A stretch of DNA of 63,104 nt, counting the filler, from Psammoneis japonica (taxonomy: Eukaryota), in NCBI GenBank assembly GCA_008632985.1. It is 4 parts of 4 records of this genome, joined end to end, with 100 filler letters (N's around TTAATTAATTAA, not from the genome) between each part and the next. Parts side by side here need not be neighbours in the genome. Positions count along the whole stretch, not along the records: positions 47,617 to 63,104 come from QPGO01000490.1; 3 more parts are not named here. One strand, written 5' to 3'. The position numbers were made by a program, and so were the translations under genes. This document shows, one piece after another, positions 54,501 through 63,104 of the stretch; position 1 is the first letter of the stretch; every line of letters starts with the position of its first letter. Under the pieces are notes generated by a model. It was not told the DNA's origin, searched no databases, and saw nothing but the letters and a program-made list of their open reading frames with translations.

Positions 54501-57500
54501 CGATCATCAATTGGTGGACATCCCCATTGTCACTGCTGGTGCCGTCATTGAGACCCAGCGTGGTCCCGTCGTCGCCATCCTCCATCAGCACGCACACACG
54601 GGAAAGGGCAAGACCATCCATTCCTGCGGCCAGCTCGAATGGTGCAAACAGGATGTCAACGATCGCTCTGTCAAGGTGCCCAACGGCTTGCAACGTATTG
54701 CCACTCCTGATGGCTGTGTCATCCCCATTGACATCAAGGCTGGCCTGCCTCATGTTGCCATGCGACCTTGCACTGACGCCGAATGGGACACCCTGCCCCA
54801 TGTCATCCTCACCGGTGATGACACATGGGACCCTTCCGTCCTCGATCACTCTGTCACTGACAACGACCAGTGGTGCGACGCGATCTCTGACCTGCAGGAC
54901 GATCCCACTGCCAACCTGTTTGACAAACACGGCAACTACCGTCACCGTGTCGTTGTCAACGAGACCATCTTGTCCGCTTCCTTGTCTGCCGATCACGCGT
55001 CCGCCCTCGATGATCACCTCATTCCGAACGACGACGTGTTCCACGAGTGTCATCTGCATGCGATTGACCCCCAGGGCGATGACGTTCCACCTCCGGAGCG
55101 CACTGTCCAGCCCAAGGACCCCCCCTTCGAGTCTCTTCGGCCTTGCTTTGGCTTCCTGCCTGCCGATGCGGTCCGTCGCACTTTTGACTGCACCACGCAG
55201 TGCACCTGCATGCCCGCCGGCACACACCTTCGCAAGGCCTGCAAATCACCCAATCCCACCCTCAATGTGCACCGCCACAACGAGCCTGTCGCCACTGACA
55301 CCGTTCATGCCGACACCCCGGCCGTCGACTCTGGTTGCACCAGCGCCCAACCATTTGTTGGCACCGAGTCTACCGTCACTGACGTCTGCGGCACTAAGAC
55401 GGACAAAGAGTTTGTCAACACACTCGAGGATCAGATCCGTGAACGTGGTGCCCCATCCAAACTCATTGGCGACCGTGCTCAAGTTGAAATCAGCAACAAA
55501 GTGCTCGGGATCCTACGCGCCCTCTTCATCTCCAGCTGGCAAAGTGAGCCTCACCAGCAACACCAAAACTTTGCCGAGCATCGACACCAGACCGTGAAGC
55601 ACATGGCGAACACTGTCATGGACCGTTTTGGTTCGCCCGCCCACACATGGCTGCTGGCGCTCATGTGCGTGTGCTTCACACTCAACCACACAGCGTCCCC
55701 ACGTCTCCACTGGCGCATGCCCCTCGAGACTCTCACTGGATCCACCCCGGACATCAGCCCATTGCTTCGCTTTCACTGGTGGGAACCAGTGCACTTCCAC
55801 CTCGATGACTCCGATTGGCCGTCCGAATCCCGTGAGTTGCGCGGACGCTTCGTTGGCATTGCTGAGCACGTCGGCCACCAGATGACCTTCAAGATCCTGT
55901 CTGACGAGACTCAGAAGATCCTCTGCCGGTCCAACGTTCGCTCCGCCACCCCTGATCCTGCCGTTCGAAACCTGCATCTTGATCCTCCTGATGGGGAGCC
56001 ACCTGAACCCATCATCAAATCTCGCCATGACGACAACCCCGTCGATTCTCCTGATGGGGAGATCAGGACACCCAAGATGCCAGTTTTCGATCCGCAAGAC
56101 ATCATTGGACGTACCTTCCTCATGCAGCCACAAGAGGACGGACAACGCCACAGAGCTCGCATCGTCAAGGCCGTCGAAGACCACGAATGGAAAGTGAACG
56201 GCAATCCCGAGCTCACTAAGTTCGTCTGCTCTGTCAACAATGACGAATACGAGGAAGTCCTTGCCTGCAATGACATCATGAATCACATTGAGCAAGAAGA
56301 CGAAGACACCACCATTTGGAAATTTCGACGCATCGCATCACACGAAGGACCTCTGAAGCCTCACGACCCAACCTGGAAAGGCTCAAGCTACAACATCATG
56401 CTTGAATGGGAAAGTGGGGAGATCACGTCCGAGCCTCTTGCCATCATCGCCAAGGACGACCCCGTCACCTGTGCCATCTGTGCACGAGAGAACGGACTCC
56501 TAGACACGGATGGCTGGAAGCGGTTCCGCACTATCGCGAGGCGCCAAAAGAAGCCATTTCGCATGGCCAACCAAGCCAAGCTTCGCTCCTTCCGCACTGC
56601 ACCTCGCTACAAGCACGGATGCGAAGTTCCCCGGAACTACAAACACGCCATGTCACCAGACGAACGCAACGGCAACCGCAAGTGGGGAGACGCAACTAAT
56701 CTCGAGATGGACCAACTCGACGAATGCGAAGTCTTCCATGACTGCGGGCCCTTCAAGTCTTCCACTCCTCCTGCGGGACACAAGAAGATCCGAGTGCACC
56801 TGGTGTTCGACGTGAAACACGACGGTCGCCACAAGGCACGACTCGTAGCCGACGGGCACCTCACGGACGCACCTGTCGACAGTGTGTGCTCCGGAGCAGT
56901 CTCCCTCCGTGGCCTTCGGCTGATGATTTTCCTGGCCGAACTCAACGAGCTGGAGACATTGGCCACCGACATTGGCAATGCCTGCCTTGAAGCCACCACC
57001 AAGGAGAAGCTTTACATTGCAGCTGGACCCGAATTTGGCAAACTCGAAGGACACATCCTTGTCATCCACAAGGCACTGCATGGACTGCGCAGCTCCGGTC
57101 TCCGCTGGCACGAGCGCTTCGCCGACTGCCTGCGAGCTGAAGGCTTCTTCCCCTGCCGCGCCAAACCCGACATTTGGATGCGCAGGGACGGCGACCACTG
57201 TGAATGCATTGGCGTTTATGTGGATGACCTCGCCATTGCCATGAAGGATCCTCAATCTTTCATCGACACTCTCACGGAAAAATGCAAGTTCAAGCTCAAG
57301 GGTGCGGGACCCATTGAGTTCCATCTGGGTTGCGACTTTTCCCGGGACCCCGACGGAACCTTGTGCCTGTCTCCGCGCAAGTGCATCGAGCGCATGGTCG
57401 ACAGCTGCGCCCGATTGTTTGGGGAGAAACCTGCCACCAATGCCCTGTCACCTCTAGAGAAGGGTGACCACCCCGAACTGGACACTTCCGAACTGCTGGG

Positions 57501-58612
57501 ACCCGATGGCATTCACAAGTTCCAGTCTCTTGTTGGTTCACTCCAATGGGCAGTGTCCCTTGGTCGAATTGACATCACCACGGCTGTCATGTCACTCTCT
57601 AGCTTCCGAGCTGCGCCCCGTCAAGGCCACTTGGATCGTGCCAAACGCGTCTGTGGGTGCCTCTCCAAGATGCGACACGGTGCTCTCCGCGTTCGCACGG
57701 AAGAGCCCGACTGTTCGGATCTCCCTGCTCCGGCCTGTGAATGGATGCATTCCGTGCATGGTGAAGCAGAAGAGATGATCCCGAAGGATGCTCCACCGCC
57801 CCTTGGCAAGTTCGTCACTGCCACCCACTGCGTCGATGCAAACTTGCACCATTGCATGCTCACCGGATGCTCTGTCATGGGAATGCTCCACTTCCTCAAC
57901 AAATTCCCGGCTGATTGGTTCTCCAAGAAACAAGCCACCGTGGAGACTGCAACCTGCGGATCTGAATTTGTTGCCGCAAGGAATTGTGTTGAGCAGATTG
58001 TCGACCTGCGCATCACCCTGCGCTGCCTTGGCGTCCCGATCCGTAATGTCAGTTGCATGTTCGGTGACAACAAGTCGGTTGTAGACAGTGCCACCATCCC
58101 GCACTCCAAGTTACACAAGCGACACACCGCACCATCGTTCCACCATGTGCCTGAGGCAATTGCCTCTGGTTGCCTTGAGCTCCACTTCATCGAGGGCTCC
58201 CGCAACCCTGCTGACATTCTCAGCAAGCATTGGGGTTGCTCCCAAATCTGGGACCTTCTCCGCCCCCTCATGTTCTGGAACTTCATCCCATCCGAAGTCG
58301 AATCTGTTTCTGTGGCTCCTCAAGCAAACTGGGGAGTGACAGGATTTGAACAGGATTTGGATGCACGCGAAGCATCGCGCGCTGTTTAGTTTGCCGCGCA
58401 CAGTTTTGTGTGCTTTAGTTCCGCGCGTTCACGCGCGATGTAGTTTGCTTTCGAGCCACAAGGCTCACAAGAACAATGACAGTAGCCCGATTGCACCGAC
58501 TTGCACGTCTTTCGGCTCCTGCAACGGTCTCTGAGCGGAGACTCATCTGCCATTTAGACAGCAGCGAGGAGTCATTGTTTGAATTCTTGCCATTTGCCTT
58601 CAACTTCTGTCA
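51504..58612 (+). mobile_element. Copia A (CoDi-like), full length; 276-bp LTRs 51504-51779 and 58337-58612, 5-bp TSD TTTTA
   Basis: LTRs TGACAG..CTGTCA, PPT GGGGAG, TTTTA on both flanks, single gag-pol ORF. Confidence 0.95.
52720..58389 (+). CDS. Copia gag-pol polyprotein (~1889 aa), open but hypermutated (Tyr to Cys/His)
   Basis: Protease LVDRGANGG, integrase TDTVHAD..SEPHQQHQNFAE, RT KARLVADGH and YVDD, RNase H VDAN/SEFVA/DNKS/NPADILSK. Confidence 0.92.
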   Translation: MVLTRQQQTDGFEHVVGTVLAQGAGSPLRLALAQDGTDSCQELFTFMPSQIDSLERDNGTDVIPLPRGHENMLAALAGLHIVKAHKGLDVANDSSLFTHDEFLACRLSPDCMSSVSIGSSPLAPPHVTNPTKARDPVRDFKRGIKRDPTAFTALKSDKQWHTWHTSLVAQARAQDVECILDSSYKPTSPEDKLLFAEQQKCMFAIFECILLTDKGKALICENVGSSDAQTVCRSLSEHALASTRASVESSTLLTHLTTARLGDGTWKGPTHGFILHWQDQLRKCEALIPASDHFSEGQKRVMLENAMHPVEELRAVKNQADQHRAQSGKSLTCDQCCGLLLSAAAQCDSTFQPKTTPRAPRRATCAHDVCSEEPSDDVFYDIDSDVDVLQANAACTRGPSLTGVQWRRLPPDHQRLWDSLPDSSKAIIIEHSRPPPRNPRASNCHESVAANLHGQHLGSDGDVNLSNTTPADCGDSATHVDATSDNPILAHLTKRKPLPPGDLQRLLSPNHAPNASRPGPSAASSAPPASADDMELNGRTCRRVNNHNVICSASAHRSTRTGALVDRGANGGIAGDDVRVITRTSRQVDVQGIDDHQLVDIPIVTAGAVIETQRGPVVAILHQHAHTGKGKTIHSCGQLEWCKQDVNDRSVKVPNGLQRIATPDGCVIPIDIKAGLPHVAMRPCTDAEWDTLPHVILTGDDTWDPSVLDHSVTDNDQWCDAISDLQDDPTANLFDKHGNYRHRVVVNETILSASLSADHASALDDHLIPNDDVFHECHLHAIDPQGDDVPPPERTVQPKDPPFESLRPCFGFLPADAVRRTFDCTTQCTCMPAGTHLRKACKSPNPTLNVHRHNEPVATDTVHADTPAVDSGCTSAQPFVGTESTVTDVCGTKTDKEFVNTLEDQIRERGAPSKLIGDRAQVEISNKVLGILRALFISSWQSEPHQQHQNFAEHRHQTVKHMANTVMDRFGSPAHTWLLALMCVCFTLNHTASPRLHWRMPLETLTGSTPDISPLLRFHWWEPVHFHLDDSDWPSESRELRGRFVGIAEHVGHQMTFKILSDETQKILCRSNVRSATPDPAVRNLHLDPPDGEPPEPIIKSRHDDNPVDSPDGEIRTPKMPVFDPQDIIGRTFLMQPQEDGQRHRARIVKAVEDHEWKVNGNPELTKFVCSVNNDEYEEVLACNDIMNHIEQEDEDTTIWKFRRIASHEGPLKPHDPTWKGSSYNIMLEWESGEITSEPLAIIAKDDPVTCAICARENGLLDTDGWKRFRTIARRQKKPFRMANQAKLRSFRTAPRYKHGCEVPRNYKHAMSPDERNGNRKWGDATNLEMDQLDECEVFHDCGPFKSSTPPAGHKKIRVHLVFDVKHDGRHKARLVADGHLTDAPVDSVCSGAVSLRGLRLMIFLAELNELETLATDIGNACLEATTKEKLYIAAGPEFGKLEGHILVIHKALHGLRSSGLRWHERFADCLRAEGFFPCRAKPDIWMRRDGDHCECIGVYVDDLAIAMKDPQSFIDTLTEKCKFKLKGAGPIEFHLGCDFSRDPDGTLCLSPRKCIERMVDSCARLFGEKPATNALSPLEKGDHPELDTSELLGPDGIHKFQSLVGSLQWAVSLGRIDITTAVMSLSSFRAAPRQGHLDRAKRVCGCLSKMRHGALRVRTEEPDCSDLPAPACEWMHSVHGEAEEMIPKDAPPPLGKFVTATHCVDANLHHCMLTGCSVMGMLHFLNKFPADWFSKKQATVETATCGSEFVAARNCVEQIVDLRITLRCLGVPIRNVSCMFGDNKSVVDSATIPHSKLHKRHTAPSFHHVPEAIASGCLELHFIEGSRNPADILSKHWGCSQIWDLLRPLMFWNFIPSEVESVSVAPQANWGVTGFEQDLDAREASRAV

Positions 58613-61600
58613 TTTTATTTGACACGGTGGCATTCCATGTTTGAATCAAGTGGATTGCACACATGAAACGTTCTTGCTTCAACAGTGTTTCCTGAATGTT
58701 GGGTGAAGGATGCACCACCTGCACGAACCTTGTGCCAAGCTTCTGAGTGTCGGGTGCGGTCGAACTCGACCTGTTTTCTTTGGACAATGAGTCTCAGAGC
58801 GACTCATTCAGAGCAATTTCATTCTTAAGACTTCAATCTTTCACAACAGGTCAAACTCCTTTTGATTGGACGCCTCCAAAGACTGTGATGGGAGAAGGTT
58901 CTCACGCGTCGTGGAATCGCGTCAGATTTTCCACGATGAGATCCACTGATGTTTCCCATGCATTCGTCTGAGGAACTTTTCAAAATGATTTCAACCTCTC
59001 AAGAAGAAGATTGAGATGGTTGTGTTCATTTGGGTTAGATGCATCGCCGCAGTTGTCACTTGGTTAAGATCGATGGCGTGACAATGTGAGTCGAGGACCA
59101 TTGGTTCCGTCACTGACTCCATTCACGGCGTCACATTTTTCAATGTGATCGGTTTTCAGCTTGAAAACATCGGCATCGAAGAGTGCACGAACATTCTTCA
59201 TAAGGTGATTGCTTCTTCCCATTAGATTTCTGCATTTGCGCAGTCCAACATGACTTGCAGGACTGGACATTGAGTCGCGTCCCATGATCACATCATTTGA
59301 ACCTGAAGAAAATTTGGTGTTTTCAACATGTGCTGTTTGAACATCAGCATGCCTTAAATTTCACATGGTGAGAACTGAATTCGGTGTTTGCTGTCAGTCG
59401 TAAAGAGCTCACCCTTGGTTTCCCAAGTTTTTTGGCGGTGGGTGTTTTGGTTCTCAACTTTCGCACGAATTTGCGCAAAATTGTGGTTGACGATGTTCCG
59501 TTGTCGATCGGAACACGTAGATGCTTTTTTCTCTCCTTTCCCAAGGAAGTGTTCACACAAATGATGACTCCTGGACTGGCATGAATTATTTCTGCCTTTT
59601 TTCTGGGCTTCCTGACATCCAGTGAAGCAAATAATTCGTGAACAGACCCAAAATTGTTCTTCGGATTCAGTCTGGATCATCCGATCAAATTGGCACTTTT
59701 CTTCACTGAGGGCATCAGAATCTGATTCTTTGCCCTTGTGCTCTTTTTCTTTGTTCAAGGAACTCGCTTTGAGCATTTTTTGAACCGCCTGATCAATCAT
59801 GACGTTCATCTCTTTTTTTGCGAGCGGCATTTTCGTCATCGCGACGCGACCGCGTGCGATTGCCATTTGAACGGCGCATTTTTGGGTCTCTTTCAGAGTC
59901 ACCCTTGCACTCTTTTGCTAGTTCATTTTTAGAATGGCTTCAATCCGTGATGTGGGCATTCTTTTTTCAAAGACAAGACCTTGCATTCACTTTGGATTGT
60001 TCTGGTGCCACACAGGAGACCATTTTTGGAACCAAATTTGGAACCTTTTTTATTTTGGAACCAACTGCGCTGTCAGAGCCTGAGTTGACATGTTTTTTCG
60101 TCACGGACGTCATGAACGACCTTTAGATGACTCAAAACTTAATCAGCTCATCAAGGATGAGTTGCAACAGTTGATTGTTTTGGACAGTAGACTGGTGCTG
60201 CCATCCTTGCGGTGCGAGTGATGGCTGACAAATCAGCGCTCGGTTTCCCGCTAGATTCGACTTAGAATCCATCTGAGGGTCGCACAGACTCTCATCATTG
60301 ACCTCTTGGGTCTAACAGAGGCTTTCTTGCTGTCAAGCAGCTCTGGTTTCTTCAGATCGTCTTGAAAATAACAGCTCTGATTCTGAAGTGCAGTTCTTGG
60401 AAAGACATGAGATGTGAGACTCTTGAGGTACTTTCCAACGGTTCCATCTTGCTCTTGGACTCGAGGCTCGTTGATTCGGTCTCCAAAAACTCTCCAACAG
60501 TCTCTCCTTGCATGCTAGACGCATTTCTCGGACCTGATCGACTCGGAACTTGCACTCTCTGCAACCATGACTTGGTGTAGATTTTTTGACAATGTGGTGT
60601 GCTTGAGAGCCCTTGATCCTTGGGTGCTTGGAATAGACCGCATTAGAGCGAATCCTCTTGTTTGGCAGACGAAAAACAGCGTTCCATCTTGAGGCACTGC
60701 TCGGCTTGAGCTTCTTCCGCTCGGAAATCGATTCCAGCAGAACTGATGCGATTCGTTCCTGTCCACAGAAGAATTTGCAAAGGCACATTAGTTAAAATTT
60801 TCATTTTCCGTGCTTTTTACCTTCTGTGGTGTGTATACACAATGCACTATGCTCGAAGAACGAGTGTAAACGAAAGTAGAACAGTGTGCGAAAAGTGGAA
60901 ATTATGAGATTAAAATTTGCTCTGTGATTTTTGGTTTCTCCGAACGAGTTCTCAATGGCCTAAAGCTTCTGTACTGCTTCTACAGACAAAAGGCCTTTCG
61001 GAGAATATATTCGTGACAACAGATTGTCCGGATACGATTGCTATTGACACGTAAGATGTCAACATCGTCAATCGATCGTATTTGCAATTCTCGACATCCG
61101 ATCAACTCTGTGTGATCGTTCTGTCCTTTGTACGCATCCACGACTGTGGTACGATTGACATATAAATAATATATAATCATAAATATGTATATAACAGTCG
61201 CATACTGCACAGGATTTTGGCAGCTCTTGGCGCCTTTGCCCCTGGGCCTGTGCACTTGTTGCGAGCCGTTTTGGAGCTCGGCCACTGGGGACTGTGCATG
61301 CAAGATCATGATCTGCACCCCAGTGCTTGTCAAGCACTTCATAATCATTTTTTAGTGCACATGTTTTGTGGTGGGAAACTTGGCTCCATCTTCCCCTTGT
61401 GAGAATCATTCGAAAGCGGGGCAAACCTGAAAGCGTTGAGAATAAATCATCATATGCTAAAATGTATGTCATTCAATTAATGAATCCAATTGGATATATA
61501 TTCATATTTTTATATCTATCGTTTCTTAACCACGATTGATAATTATGCAGAAATTAATGTACCATTTAGTACTCTCTACTTAGAGCATGATGTTGTGTTG

Positions 61601-61776
61601 ATGTTCTCAAATCGTGGTTCATTCTGCGATGTCGGCAAGAGCGATTGACAGCCATTTTGCCATGCTGCTGTCTTGTTTCTTTGTTGGAATTCAAGTGTCA
61701 GGCCAAAACGAACATAAAACCCAGAAGTGCATCGAGCACAACTAAACCCCCGAGACGCAATTGACAGCGATCCGCT

Positions 61777-63104
61777 ATGAACGAGAACCCGCCCTTATCG
61801 TCTCTCACGTCTTTTTTGCGGCCTCGAACGTCGCACCATGATACAGCGAGTTCACCGCTCTTTTCGGCTTCGGACTATTCTTTTGGCGAGGACGACGTAA
61901 CGAAAGAGGAACCAACCTATGTTTCTGTCGGGGAGTTTCTGTCAAGGTTCCGTGATCATGGGTCTGAATCACTTTGCAACGCTTATGAGTAAGTTCAGTG
62001 CAAGTTAGTTCTGCAACATACCGTTTGCTCCTGTTTTACAAGATTTATATAAGTGCTATGTTAAACGTGTGACAAAATTTCGTGACAGAGCGAGCCATCC
62101 CCACAATACGGCTTTTCACTCCGGGGCTGTAACAACAACGCTATGTGAGGATGTATTTTCTCTCGTCGACCTACAGGTCAACGCACTACATGACTATGTT
62201 GCGGGCTTGGAGCTCCTGAAAACCAAAACCGGCGACACAGTTTTGATAGATGGGCTGTCTTTTGTCTTTAGAAATCTGTGGTACAAGCAACGTCAATATC
62301 GCGATAACTTTCTCCTGGATTTGAGTTCATCTTGTGCGGCGGCCAACGACTTTCTGAGAATGGTAGAAAGAGCTGAGAGTCTGGTTGAACATTTAAAGGA
62401 GAGATACGATCACCTGCAATGGGAACGATCAGAAGTAGAATCAACTGAAGACCCACGAGTGGCGGGGCTCTCTGAGAAGATGGCCGATCTTGTTCGCCTA
62501 TACAGTGGCGATGCTGTAATTGCAGCACAGCGCGTTCACGTGTTTCTTTTCCAATCTGTCAATCGATCATCCATAAAATCTGATATGTTTAGTCGGAACT
62601 GGGAAGAGCTGACTCACAATCAGCTCACGCTGAGCCTGGTGAAAACAGTAGAAGATTACTTGTCCGATTCCCAGCAATACCTTTGCAATGAATTCCTTTG
62701 TGTCAAGGCTATTGACGCGGCGGTGAAGGCCACTGTTTGCTTTTACGTCAGGTGTCTCGTCCTGAAAGCCGACACCGTCCGCCACAAAATGCGAAATTTG
62801 ACGTCTCACGGAGGTCGACTTGCGTTCAAGAACCCGGCTAGGGCTCTTACTCGAATGATGTATGACATTGATATCATTCAAGATTACTTTCGAGAGCTCG
62901 CAAAGGATTCTTCGGCACTTTCTCGGCTTGTTGAGCAGGAAGTGTCGGTCCTCATTGCGATTCATGAGTTCTTGGGAGTTGCCGTGGGGAAAGTCGATGC
63001 TGAGAGCTTGGAGCATCTGATTATTGTTCTTCATAAAAAGACAGGGGGGAGCCTTATGGTAACTACGTATTTGTTGGAGGATATGTGGTTTTTGTTTGCG
63101 CCTG
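61777..63104 (+). CDS. Probable exocyst Sec6/EXOC3-like helical protein, multi-exon, runs off the window end
   Basis: Open frame from 62176 (after ..ctacag) reads CAAANDFLRM..MFSRNWEE..LVKTVEDYLSD.QQYL, resembling the Sec6 C-terminal domain; upstream exon at 61777-61988; normal TpA content. Confidence 0.55.

Larger units (their letters stand above)
49368..61209 (-). mobile_element. Ty3/Gypsy element 2, degenerate; 367-bp LTRs 49368-49734 (3') and 60843-61209 (5'), 4-bp TSD CAGG; carries nested Copia A
   Basis: Colinear LTRs TGCA..TGCA; CAGG at 49364-49367 and 61210-61213; PPT complement TTCGCCTCCCC at 49735; RT/RNase H remnants (LPM..APDVF, HTDHK, GKANIVA.DAISRL). Confidence 0.92.

Noticed and set aside
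53257..55597. Long alternative-frame and antisense ORFs (369-392 aa) in Copia A
   Set aside because: Shadows of a GC-rich, TA-depleted ORF; no recognisable motifs
52720..58389. Alternative genetic code (Cys/His codons read as Tyr)
   Set aside because: Host genes use TAY normally, and non-coding LTRs show the same TA changes
49368..61209. Classical RIP or CpG decay as the sole explanation of the LTR differences
   Set aside because: CpGs are retained in both LTRs; conserved Tyr positions and the tRNA pseudocopy polarise the change as TA->TG/CA
22154..63104. Sec10-like and Sec6-like genes as an exocyst cluster
   Set aside because: About 36 kb and two gaps apart, and the Sec6 call is moderate; chance co-location is sufficient

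Overview
Eukaryotic scaffold, most likely a pennate diatom. This is inferred from short GT-AG introns, CoDi-type Copia and GyDi-type Gypsy elements, katG, and an RXL-containing Lys/Ser-rich secreted protein. There are four assembly gaps. Gene-dense tracts (about 2.4-25.9, 29.3-31.8, 47.6-48.45 and >61.5 kb) encode an LRR membrane protein, a PDCD2-like protein, a silaffin-like protein, an ankyrin-TPR protein, DUF1295, catalase-peroxidase, CtIP/Sae2, Sec10, PHYHD1, FAM32A, tRNA-Thr(CGT) and a Sec6-like protein; several carry single-base frameshifts that look like sequencing errors. These tracts alternate with repeat blocks (1-2.0, 26.0-29.2, 31.9-47.5 and 48.5-61.4 kb) of nested Gypsy, Copia, TRIM and MITE elements. 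The main observation is that repeat DNA, but not genes, has had TpA dinucleotides converted almost wholesale to TpG or CpA (A:T->G:C on both strands, preferring TAY). This looks like an 'inverse RIP'. Internal controls support it: (i) the two LTRs of one Gypsy insertion (28 TpA in one copy, 2 left in the other, few other differences); (ii) the two LTRs of one Copia (the same sites read TG in one LTR and CA in the other); (iii) a tRNA versus its pseudocopy; (iv) a 1.9-kaa polyprotein that stays open but has lost nearly all Tyr to Cys/His. All counts were made by hand and need computational confirmation. I cannot verify novelty against the literature.
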